Notes under the pieces: model-generated | Seen by the model: only the letters and a program-made list of their open reading frames with translations | Told to the model about the DNA's origin: nothing | The model's database searches: none | Part shown: positions 1 through 8,063 of the stretch, in pieces | Layout of the letters: the number at the start of each line of letters is the position of its first letter | Position numbering within the stretch: the stretch's first letter is position 1 | Sequence record: MN276049.1 | Reading direction: 5' to 3' (one strand) | Length of the DNA: 64,000 nt | From: Acinetobacter phage BS46 | Translations under genes and position numbers: made by a program

Positions 1-11
1 TCTCAAAGCCA

Positions 12-239
12 TTAACAACTTGAAGCGGTGCAATGTTTAATTTGACTTTCATTTAATTCTCCACGTACAACTAATTTAATTTCATCAAAATACCAAATAC
101 AACCATCAACATCAACACTATCTTTAAAAACACTACTAACAACACCTTTAGTTTTCAAAGGTACTTTACCTGTCAACCTTCCCCGTTCTTCGCTATCCAG
201 TATTTTAACTAACATCACTATATCACCAACTTTGTACAT
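12..239 (-). CDS. hypothetical early protein
   Basis: Complete ORF in the leftward operon; no recognisable motif. Confidence 0.4.
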   Translation of the reverse strand: MYKVGDIVMLVKILDSEERGRLTGKVPLKTKGVVSSVFKDSVDVDGCIWYFDEIKLVVRGELNESQIKHCTASSC

Positions 240-320
240 TTAATTCTCCAACTTTAAAAGTTAATTATTGAAATTTGATTATACTTATTTCCGACTTACA
301 ATACGATAAGTATAATCAAT

Positions 321-506
321 TTACATTTTTGTCATAATAAGACTTTCATCAAATATAAGTAATGCGTTAATATAATCCTTATAACACTCATCAATATCAA
401 CATCATTTAATTGTCTTGATTCAGCATCCTTGAAATAATCAATAGCACATTCAAGCTTTTGATAAAGTTTTTCTGTGTCTAGTTCTACATAGAGATATAC
501 ACTCAT
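321..506 (-). CDS. hypothetical protein
   Basis: Small ORF co-oriented and start/stop-coupled with neighbours. Confidence 0.35.
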   Translation of the reverse strand: MSVYLYVELDTEKLYQKLECAIDYFKDAESRQLNDVDIDECYKDYINALLIFDESLIMTKM

Positions 507-976
507 AATACTTCCTTCAACATATCTATAAACTCTTCTGAAGTACAGGTATTATCACTATCATCAAGATAGAACTTAGCTGTTCTAAATAATGAACAAA
601 CACCTTTTTGATCAATCAAATGTGTCTCTCCATTTATAATATCAACATTATGTACAAATTGACGATATGTCTTAGTATAAGGCATACGAACAAACTCACA
701 TCCTAATATAGACTTCTTAAATGACTCAAAAGAATTCTCATAAGGTTTAGGTTGATTAACTTTAGCGTAGAAATAAACAAGACCTAATTTAATATCAAAT
801 TGAACATCTTCTTCAAGAATAAATTCTTTTGTTCCTTCATAACGAATGCTGTAATTATCCGAATTATCACAATAACAAACATATGTAGCGTCTTTAGAAT
901 AGTTCTTTTCCAACTTTCTACCTAAATATGATTCTAGTTCTTCAACACTTTCATGTACTCTCTTAATCTCACTCAT
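503..976 (-). CDS. hypothetical protein
   Basis: ORF overlaps neighbouring start/stop by 4 nt (ATGA-type coupling). Confidence 0.4.
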   Translation of the reverse strand: MSEIKRVHESVEELESYLGRKLEKNYSKDATYVCYCDNSDNYSIRYEGTKEFILEEDVQFDIKLGLVYFYAKVNQPKPYENSFESFKKSILGCEFVRMPYTKTYRQFVHNVDIINGETHLIDQKGVCSLFRTAKFYLDDSDNTCTSEEFIDMLKEVL

Positions 977-1179
977 TTCTCATTCTCCTCAAACATATCT
1001 TCTGTATATGGACAACGTTTAGTATTAACACAAACACTGTTCTTATCGCAGAAATCTTTAAAATCCTCATAACCTAAAATATGTGCAACCACATCATTCC
1101 AAGTTCTACCTTCTTTATACAACATCTCAATGTGATCAACAAGCTCACCATTAAGTTGTAAAGTTCTAATTCTCACCAT
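973..1179 (-). CDS. hypothetical protein
   Basis: Small ORF, translationally coupled. Confidence 0.4.
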   Translation of the reverse strand: MVRIRTLQLNGELVDHIEMLYKEGRTWNDVVAHILGYEDFKDFCDKNSVCVNTKRCPYTEDMFEENEK

Positions 1180-1405
1180 AATAGTTTACCCACCATTGTT
1201 TTACTGCATTATCAAAGATTGGACTATCTTCAAAAAGCACAGTATTAAATTCTTTATCATACCCAACCAACTTATATGTGCTGTGAAAACTTCCAACATT
1301 CACCCGTTCCACTTCATATTCTTCGTCAATATTCAGAATACCACAAGCCTCTGATTGCTCAAACGGATACCCGCCATTACCATGAAACTTAACTTTTCCC
1401 AACAT
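1166..1405 (-). CDS. hypothetical protein
   Basis: Small ORF in operon. Confidence 0.4.
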   Translation of the reverse strand: MLGKVKFHGNGGYPFEQSEACGILNIDEEYEVERVNVGSFHSTYKLVGYDKEFNTVLFEDSPIFDNAVKQWWVNYYGEN

Positions 1406-1582
1406 ATAGACCTCAAATAAAATCTCTATGACTTAAACCACGAATTTCCATACCACACTCGATTGAACATATTCCAAAATCTTTCGGATTCATTTTCTCA
1501 ATTGGAAGGTATGCACCACAATTCTGACATACATAAAACCATTCAAACTGGAAATCTTTTGGATTAGTTAGAATAATAAAAT

Positions 1583-2002
1583 TTATACATTCGATATCTC
1601 CTCTTCAAAACTAACTATAAATCCAAAACTGTTAATGATTTCAATAATACCATCTCTAAAATCATAACCATCAACCTTCGCTTCGCTTAGTAAGAAGTAA
1701 GAGAAAAATGTGACCATTTTACTTGAAGAACCATCAAAACCACGAAGAACGCTACATTGATAATTAAAATTATTAAATACAACATCACCATAAATTTCCC
1801 CTAAAACATAGAGGATTACACCTTCTATTGTTGGCTTATTTTCCAATATCAATTCTCGTTTAATATAAAATAAAACAAGCTCTTTAGAATTTTCAATTAA
1901 GTTCTTCGTATTTGTCTCAACTAATTTCTTCTCATTGATATGTTCTTTCTTTATCTCTGATAATTCTTCCTCAAAGTTTCTTATATTACTTATAACACTC
2001 AT
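1583..2002 (-). CDS. hypothetical protein
   Basis: ORF in operon; acidic, no motif recognised. Confidence 0.4.
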   Translation of the reverse strand: MSVISNIRNFEEELSEIKKEHINEKKLVETNTKNLIENSKELVLFYIKRELILENKPTIEGVILYVLGEIYGDVVFNNFNYQCSVLRGFDGSSSKMVTFFSYFLLSEAKVDGYDFRDGIIEIINSFGFIVSFEEEISNV

Positions 2003-2358
2003 AACATTGACCCACTCACTGTATACTTTTTTGCTCCAAATAAATCATCAACTAAAGCTTGTGCTGTTTTAAAGTCTTTAGCTTTAATAAAAAATCTATG
2101 GTCTAATGCTGACTTAATGTGAAATTTATATTTAGGAAACGTATTGTTCTTTCTGGTGTGACAACTAACAAACAAAGTTTTCTTTTTGCCTTCATATGTA
2201 AATGTATATTGTGAAACCCCGCCTTTCTCTAAGATTGAATAATCGAATAACTCTTCTTTGTTAGTTTTCTTAACCTTCTTCGTCTTACTTCCAACCTTAT
2301 CAGAAGCTTTAACATTCTTCTTGTGTGCAGCCAATAATGCATTTAACATAGAACTCAT
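1999..2358 (-). CDS. hypothetical basic protein (start moved to MSSML)
   Basis: On the minus strand a GGAGG lies 6 nt upstream of the ATG at plus 2356-2358. The more upstream ATG in the ORF track has no RBS. Confidence 0.4.
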   Translation of the reverse strand: MSSMLNALLAAHKKNVKASDKVGSKTKKVKKTNKEELFDYSILEKGGVSQYTFTYEGKKKTLFVSCHTRKNNTFPKYKFHIKSALDHRFFIKAKDFKTAQALVDDLFGAKKYTVSGSML

Positions 2359-2433
2359 AGTAACCTCCATAAAACATATATACATAATAAAACACACCCT
2401 AACTATTGTCAAGGTGTGTTCATAAAATAATAT

Positions 2434-2982
2434 TCATTCTGTGTTATATTTTTGTTCAAGTTCTTTCCATGCTTCAGTTAGTATCTCCACAGAATTAGCT
2501 AATCTGTCAGCTTCTTCTCCCATATCTGCATATTCTGTTGCACACATTTTAAATGACTCTTGCAGCCCTTGTAATTCTCTCCCTTGTACACTGTCGGAGG
2601 TTTTGGTATTACTACCTTCAGTGGAACTACTCCGACTTCCGAGTTTATCGGCTTGGTTGAACAAGCGATTAAGGTTGGAATCAAGCAGATCACGAGAAGA
2701 AGAGATTTCCTCAATATCATGTTTGTGTTTCTCCTGTAACTTTAAATACTCTTTATTTAATTCATTAACCTTTCTTATTGAATTATTTTGCTCTTCAAGA
2801 AGCTTAGCAGACATATCATTCTTTAAGGAAATATAAGCGACATCTTTATCAGATAGTTTTTTCTCATAATTTCTTTTAAGACTGTCTGTGTGCATTAACA
2901 TCCCAATTAATGAGATTGCAAATACAACAATTAATATTTCACGCCATAATTTAATAAGATAAGAAAAAGCTATCATGTACAT
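2434..2982 (-). CDS. i-spanin (Rz-like): N-terminal TM anchor plus periplasmic coiled coil
   Basis: N-terminal hydrophobic helix (ILIVVFAISLIGMLM) followed by long predicted coiled-coil. A lipoprotein ORF is fully embedded in the +1 frame. Confidence 0.6.
   Translation of the reverse strand: MYMIAFSYLIKLWREILIVVFAISLIGMLMHTDSLKRNYEKKLSDKDVAYISLKNDMSAKLLEEQNNSIRKVNELNKEYLKLQEKHKHDIEEISSSRDLLDSNLNRLFNQADKLGSRSSSTEGSNTKTSDSVQGRELQGLQESFKMCATEYADMGEEADRLANSVEILTEAWKELEQKYNTE
2499..2720 (-). CDS. o-spanin (Rz1-like) outer-membrane lipoprotein, embedded in the i-spanin gene
   Basis: Signal peptide with lipobox LIAC. Pro-rich mature part (PKPPTVYKGENYKGC) with Cys residues. Entirely inside 2434..2982 in another frame. 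Confidence 0.6.
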   Translation of the reverse strand: MILRKSLLLVICLIPTLIACSTKPINSEVGVVPLKVVIPKPPTVYKGENYKGCKSHLKCVQQNMQIWEKKLTD

Positions 2983-2983
2983 T

Positions 2984-3664
2984 TTATTTTAACCTCTTCT
3001 TCAATTCTGTACGAATCATTTTAATATCTTCTTGATATAATCCTAATTCAGCCTCAAGCTCTTCTGTTGTGTAATCAGATAAATCAGCAGGTTTGTTAAC
3101 TTCGTCTAGCCTACGATTATTACGAATATTTTCACGAGCAATCAGACGTTCACGAATTTCAAAATCCTCTAAATATATCTCTTTACCATCTAATATTTTT
3201 TCAATCTCCTCTTCTGAGAGGAAGTCCTCGTAGGTCTCTCGAACAAAACGATCATTAAGACGTTTATTATGTTCTGCTCTTGTCATGATCTTATGTGTAT
3301 CATCATAACCAGTACCACAAATCATATTATGAATCATCAAACATGAATTATCATGAACACGATAACTGTGTGCAGCTTCTAAGAATAACGCACCACCAGC
3401 ACTAGCTGCCATACCAAGTAAATTCATATGGATATTTGCTTGTGTTGCTCTGATAGCATTCCTAAGAGCAATTAAACTGTATAAATTACCACCATCACTG
3501 TTAATATTAAATGTGATATGATCATCGGGTGTTGCGATACTTAAAATGTGAATAACTTCGTCAAATGTATAAGCATCACCAAAGACTTGACTCACATTCA
3601 CTGTATAATTATACCCATTAGCAGGTGTTGCGAATATCGCTGGATATTTATTTTCGTCTTGCAT
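2984..3664 (-). CDS. ClpP-family (S14) serine protease
   Basis: INSDGG, GMAASAG (Ser), MIHNM (His) and NDRF (Asp) line up with the ClpP catalytic core. Confidence 0.7.
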   Translation of the reverse strand: MQDENKYPAIFATPANGYNYTVNVSQVFGDAYTFDEVIHILSIATPDDHITFNINSDGGNLYSLIALRNAIRATQANIHMNLLGMAASAGGALFLEAAHSYRVHDNSCLMIHNMICGTGYDDTHKIMTRAEHNKRLNDRFVRETYEDFLSEEEIEKILDGKEIYLEDFEIRERLIARENIRNNRRLDEVNKPADLSDYTTEELEAELGLYQEDIKMIRTELKKRLK

Positions 3665-3906
3665 TATTCCTCCAAATCCGATTTAAGAACTACGTAATGT
3701 TCTTCGCCTTCTAATATTTCAAAAGAGTCAAGATAGTTGTAATAATTATTTTCTGCTTCATATGTATCAGAATCTCTGTTTCTCTCATACCGAAATGCAT
3801 CATATAAAGCAGACTCAATAGCAATAAACTCATCATAATCTTCTTTAGGAATTAAAAGCTTGTGACCGTCACCATCTTCCCAAGTTACATATAATTTCAT
3901 GAGCAA
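3664..3906 (-). CDS. hypothetical protein
   Basis: Small acidic ORF coupled to the ClpP-like gene. Confidence 0.4.
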   Translation of the reverse strand: MLMKLYVTWEDGDGHKLLIPKEDYDEFIAIESALYDAFRYERNRDSDTYEAENNYYNYLDSFEILEGEEHYVVLKSDLEE

Positions 3907-4407
3907 CTACTCCTTATTAAAACCATAATATTTTATCTCAGCAGCACTTCTTGCCTTAATTGCATCCTCTTTTATTTTATAACGACCTAAATTAATTTTT
4001 TTATAATTCACCATTATGTAGGCTGACCAAAGACACCTAGATGAATCCCAACTAACCCCTGTTCTACCAGAGGTATTATTCTTACTTTTTCTAGTGTTAT
4101 ATGACTGAATATTTTTATCAGCCCATCTGCAATTCTCTTTACAATAATTGCCATTTGGATCAATTCTATCTAGACTATAGTTATCATAAGGTTTTCCACC
4201 AATATCCTGATAAAACTTTATAAATCCACCACGACCAATCCAAGAAGGATCAACAGAAATACCACGACCTCCGTAGTTGTCATATCCAATAGAGTTTTTG
4301 TTAGTACATCTCTGAATCATTGCTTCCCAAGCTTGATACTCTGAAGTATTAGTCATATCATGTGTAACAATAGCTTCTCTTAATTTTTTAATTCTCAAAT
4401 TACTCAT
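3907..4407 (-). CDS. HNH endonuclease with AP2-type DNA-binding domain
   Basis: HNH-like core (RIDPNGNYCKENCRWADKNIQ). AP2-like segment (GVSWDSSRCLWSAYI...LGRYKIKEDAIKARSAAE). Confidence 0.6.
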   Translation of the reverse strand: MSNLRIKKLREAIVTHDMTNTSEYQAWEAMIQRCTNKNSIGYDNYGGRGISVDPSWIGRGGFIKFYQDIGGKPYDNYSLDRIDPNGNYCKENCRWADKNIQSYNTRKSKNNTSGRTGVSWDSSRCLWSAYIMVNYKKINLGRYKIKEDAIKARSAAEIKYYGFNKE

Positions 4408-5228
4408 GATCTATAACCACCCTCTTTCTCAAAAGCAATAACCAGCTCTTTAACCATACCAGAACGCACAATATCATCATGTGTAAACTTAACCACACCA
4501 ATACTAGGAATTTCATGTTTATCAACCAAGTTTTCAAACCACTTCAAACCACTGTTGTTTGTGTCACATTGAGCATTATCACCGATACAAAACCAACGAG
4601 TGTCTTTACCTAGTCGTGTAGATAGTGCCTGAAACTCACCAATCGTCATATTCGAACTTTCATCAGAGATGATAATTGCAGAATCAAAGTTTCTACCTCG
4701 AATACTCTCAAGAGGGGCTAGTTCAATTGTTCCTCCCATTTGAAGTTGATTCTCAACATATTCTTCACCAAGAACCTCTCCTAAATAACCTAACATAGGT
4801 AAGACAAAAGCTCTAAGTTTTTCAATATCAGTGTTTGGTTTAAAACCTGTTGTTCTTCCAGATACAGCAACGTATGGTCGCGTTATTACAATCTTCTTAA
4901 TGTTTCCAGCAAGTAACTCAGAAGCAGCATATCGACAAGCTAAATAGCTTTTTCCAGTACCGCTAGAACCAGAACCTATTGTGATTGTGTTCATTCGCAT
5001 ACTTCTTAAAAACTTACTCTGGTTTTCATTCAGAGTTTGGATATGAAGCTGTTGAGCTTTAAGAGATCGGTCATTTTCCCATTTATCTTTTGCTACCTGC
5101 TTTTTGTCATTATCTAGTAATCCTTGTAAACGCTCCAATCGTCTTTGTTCAGACACAGATAACTTTGTAAAACCACTTTTCTTCTTTAACTTCTCAAGTT
5201 CTTTATATTCTCGATTGTTTAAACCCAA
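4404..5228 (-). CDS. phoH: PhoH-family ATPase
   Basis: Walker A GSGSSGTGKSYLA. Conserved PhoH blocks LAPLESIRGRNFD, IIISDESSNMT and CIGDNAQCD. Confidence 0.85.
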   Translation of the reverse strand: MGLNNREYKELEKLKKKSGFTKLSVSEQRRLERLQGLLDNDKKQVAKDKWENDRSLKAQQLHIQTLNENQSKFLRSMRMNTITIGSGSSGTGKSYLACRYAASELLAGNIKKIVITRPYVAVSGRTTGFKPNTDIEKLRAFVLPMLGYLGEVLGEEYVENQLQMGGTIELAPLESIRGRNFDSAIIISDESSNMTIGEFQALSTRLGKDTRWFCIGDNAQCDTNNSGLKWFENLVDKHEIPSIGVVKFTHDDIVRSGMVKELVIAFEKEGGYRS

Positions 5229-5500
5229 ATCACACCTCCAGATTAAAATTCCTTATCAACACAATCTTCTACAGCTAACTCGTTATAGCACACTAATATA
5301 AACACATCCTTGTGCATTGCTCCTAATTTACCAACTCAACACCTCTAATAAAGAAAAGTCGTCCCAGCCTTCTTTCAAAGAACCATCCCAACCCTCTTTA
5401 CTAATACCATAACCCTCTTTAGCTAGAGTGGTTGGTTTACCGAGACCATGACCATCTTTACCACAGAAAGCGATAACGCCAATACCATAACCATCCATAA

Positions 5501-5791
5501 TCACACCTCCTTAGTTGCTGCTTTTTTAGCAGTAGTTTTAGTATCAGTTTTAACTTGAGTTTTTACAGGCGTTACTTTTTCAGAAACTTCTTCATTAGCA
5601 GTAGTTTCAGGTTTAACGTCACTTTTTACTTCTTGTTTTACTGATCGTTGAAAGTTTGCAACTAATTGAACGCCAAAGTTTGTACTACCAGCAGGAACGA
5701 AACTCCAACCATTACGAATAAGCTCTTCAACTTCTAACATAAATTGAACATACTTAGTGTGTCGGATTCGCTTTGTTTCTACGTTTGACAT
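5501..5791 (-). CDS. hypothetical protein with Lys/Thr-rich tail; first gene of the leftward operon
   Basis: ORF directly downstream of a minus-strand promoter; low-complexity basic C-terminus. Confidence 0.4.
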   Translation of the reverse strand: MSNVETKRIRHTKYVQFMLEVEELIRNGWSFVPAGSTNFGVQLVANFQRSVKQEVKSDVKPETTANEEVSEKVTPVKTQVKTDTKTTAKKAATKEV

Positions 5792-5825
5792 TGTTTTATT
5801 TTCCTTTATATATAAATGAATATTA

Positions 5826-5855
5826 CTTATACCATAGTAAAAATATCAATGTCAA
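5826..5855 (-). promoter_or_regulatory. sigma70-like promoter for the leftward early operon
   Basis: On the minus strand: TTGACA, 18-nt spacer, TATAAG. Confidence 0.4.
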
Positions 5856-5913
5856 GTTAATTAACAATTCATAACAATTAATAGATTAAATTGTTATTGT
5901 TTTGTAAAAACTA

Positions 5914-5942
5914 TTGACATAGGGTATTGACAAGTATATAGT
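5914..5942 (+). promoter_or_regulatory. sigma70-like promoter (rightward)
   Basis: TTGACA, 17 nt, TATAGT; a second overlapping TTGACA 13 nt downstream. Confidence 0.45.
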
Positions 5943-6087
5943 GAATTTTTCTTTGGTTACTTTCTTTTTAAGCGATAGCGTATAATAAGTAAATAACATT
6001 AGTGTCTAATCTTTAGATTAGTAACGATATGTATGAGTGAAACGAAATACATATTGGTAATAGAATAATAACAATATATAATAATAC

Positions 6088-6792
6088 GTGTCAATACGCA
6101 ATAGGAGAAATATGAAATATCATGATGACATTATGGAGATGTTCCATATTAATCAAGGTAAGTTAACAATACAAGATGCTTACTACCAATCCAATACTGA
6201 ATACATTAGAGAAGACAAATTGTTTTATGTTTATCTGTTTTATAAAAACAATAAGATTCTTTATGTTCATTACGGACTAAAAGGAACAGAGAAAATTCAT
6301 TACACTAAAGACTCTCCTGTTAAACAATTTAGGAATATGGTTAAGTGTGGTACAACAGGAGACTTAAAACACTACAAGTTAACTAGATTTAGTGTTGAAG
6401 CTGACTGCTTGTTCTATGTCGATTTTCTAATTAAGAAGTTCTCACCTGAATACAATAAAAAAATACGACTCCCTAGTGAAACATATTACAATAAACAAAC
6501 AAGATTTATTAGTGACTACGAAGTGAAAGAAGATGAAGACAATCTTATTGCTTTATTGTGTCATAAGAAATATCCAAGTAAACTTATTTCTGATATGTCG
6601 TCTTTACCAGTGGACTACGTACAGAGTATCAAGAATAAAGACTTGTTTTTTGTTAACTCTTGTTTCTTCTTTGAATATGTCGATATAAACAATAATATTT
6701 GTGTTGATAAAAACTTAGTTAACTTTTTTTGTGATGTGTACAAGTCAACTTTAGTGTCTTGTGAGGCAAGAGACACAATATCTTATCATTAA
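6088..6792 (+). CDS. GIY-YIG homing endonuclease-like protein
   Basis: FYVYLFYKNNKILYVHYG (GIY...YIG spacing) and a downstream LIKKFSPEYNKK (E/N motif). Confidence 0.6.
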   Translation: MSIRNRRNMKYHDDIMEMFHINQGKLTIQDAYYQSNTEYIREDKLFYVYLFYKNNKILYVHYGLKGTEKIHYTKDSPVKQFRNMVKCGTTGDLKHYKLTRFSVEADCLFYVDFLIKKFSPEYNKKIRLPSETYYNKQTRFISDYEVKEDEDNLIALLCHKKYPSKLISDMSSLPVDYVQSIKNKDLFFVNSCFFFEYVDINNNICVDKNLVNFFCDVYKSTLVSCEARDTISYH

Positions 6793-6826
6793 TTGCTATT
6801 TATATTGTAAAGTTTTGTAAAAATAC

Positions 6827-6856
6827 TTGACATTGATTTCAAAGCGGTGTTATAGT
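6827..6856 (+). promoter_or_regulatory. sigma70-like promoter
   Basis: TTGACA, 17-18 nt, TATAGT. Confidence 0.45.
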
Positions 6857-6928
6857 ACAAACATAAAGCAATAAGAACAATATAACAATAAATTATAATA
6901 ATTCCTTTTCCTCCAACACCACTCTTTT

Positions 6929-6992
6929 ATTCTACTAACAATAATAACAAAGACTCTCCGTAGAAGAGTGGTGTATTTTTAATACTCTATCT
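6929..6992 (+). terminator. stem-loop plus U-run, intrinsic terminator or structured small RNA 3' end
   Basis: CACCACTCTT ... AAGAGTGGTG (10-bp stem) followed by TATTTTTAAT. Confidence 0.35.
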
Positions 6993-7105
6993 TTGAGCAA
7001 TCTATCTGTTAATACAGATAATAATTTCACCCATGATCAGATTACGGTGGGTACGAAACGTGTAGAGGTATCACTACCATGTGAGCGAATGTGATACAAT
7101 TAATT

Positions 7106-7187
7106 GTAGTAGTGCCTGAGAGGTCGAAAGGGACGGACTGTAACTCCGTTATATCACACGTTGGTTCGAATCCAACCTACTACACCA
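7106..7187 (+). tRNA. tRNA-Tyr (anticodon GTA)
   Basis: Manual fold: acceptor GTAGTAG/CTACTAC, anticodon stem ACGGA/TCCGT with loop CTGTAAC, T arm GTTGG-TTCGAAT-CCAAC, discriminator A, CCA encoded. Confidence 0.7.
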
Positions 7188-7191
7188 CAAT

Positions 7192-7269
7192 CGGTTGTTG
7201 AAGGGAATCGGTATACCTTCCAGTCTTAGATATTGGAGTTTCTGAGTTCGAGTCTCAGACAACCCACCA
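7192..7269 (+). tRNA. tRNA with anticodon TAG (reads CUA) but class I short variable loop
   Basis: Manual fold: anticodon stem CCAGT/ATTGG with loop CTTAGAT. T arm CTGAG-TTCGAGT-CTCAG. Acceptor 3' strand ACAACCC then A-CCA. Position 1:72 appears mismatched. Confidence 0.5.
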
Positions 7270-7496
7270 AATATCATAAGTAGTAGCACTTAACAACTAT
7301 TCGAAAGATAAAGAATAATCCCATGCGCGATTATTTTGGTGTGTTAAGTCAAAGGTTTTCCGCTACTTTAAATGCGGATTTTCAATCCTCTGTCGGTTGT
7401 CACGTACTGATGGAGGTGTTGCTTTTAAACGAGATTGGTGTGAATCATTTTCGACCTATCCCTCCATAACGTGATTGGATTCGCAATAGGTAAGCT

Positions 7497-7535
7497 GACT
7501 GCTAGGAATAGACTAGCAAACTTAGAGAAGTGAAT
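7497..7535 (+). repeat. 39-nt element GACTGCTAGGAATAGACTAGCAAACTTAGAGAAGTGAAT (copy 1)
   Basis: Exact copy again at 46850..46888. A second shared block GTTCACTTCAT(T/C)TAAGTTTA follows in both places. Confidence 0.85.
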
Positions 7536-7585
7536 TCTGATGGGGATTCTCGTTGGTTACTAGCGTTCACTTCATTTAAGTTTAT

Positions 7586-7670
7586 GCGGAGACCTGGTTG
7601 GTGTATTGAAGCAAACGACTAGTTAAGTTTGTGGATAGAGAGTGGTTTGAATCCATGTGACTCCGCTCCA
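7586..7670 (+). ncRNA. tRNA-like element (possible degenerate or class II tRNA) just upstream of the SleB-like gene
   Basis: 5' GCGGAG pairs with 3' CTCCGC followed by T-CCA. T-loop-like GGTTTGAATCC. Interior does not fold into a clean cloverleaf by eye. Confidence 0.3.
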
Positions 7671-7685
7671 GTATTAAGGTGATAT

Positions 7686-8063
7686 ATGACAAGTACGCTG
7701 ATGTGCCTGTCGTTACTAGTTTTTCATGAGGCTCGTGCTGAACCGCTAAAAGGTAAAGAAGCTGTTATTGAAGTTGTAATGAACAGGACTAAGGATTCAA
7801 GGTATCCATCAAAACCTTGTGATGTGATAAAACAGAAGTCACAGTTTAGTTGGGCAAATAATCCAAATAATTTAAAACCTCCTAAGTATGAAATAAAGGC
7901 TTGGGAAGATTCGCAGAAAGTTGCGAAAGATTATTTATCCAAACAAACAAACGGTAATTATACCAATCATACCAAAGGTGCTTTGTTTTTTAACACAAAT
8001 CGTTTAGGTGTTCGCTTTGGGAAAACATTAAAATGTAAAATCGGAAACCATGTCTTCTTTTGA
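7686..8063 (+). CDS. secreted cell-wall hydrolase, SleB/Hydrolase_2 family
   Basis: N-terminal signal-like segment. HEARAEP...AVIEVVMNRT...PCDVI...QFSW matches the Hydrolase_2 signature. Confidence 0.6.
   Translation: MTSTLMCLSLLVFHEARAEPLKGKEAVIEVVMNRTKDSRYPSKPCDVIKQKSQFSWANNPNNLKPPKYEIKAWEDSQKVAKDYLSKQTNGNYTNHTKGALFFNTNRLGVRFGKTLKCKIGNHVFF

Noticed and set aside
2441-2836. 131-aa plus-strand ORF antisense to the spanin genes
   Set aside because: Low-complexity Ser/Leu-rich translation of the antisense strand with no RBS; the minus-strand spanin pair has strong features.
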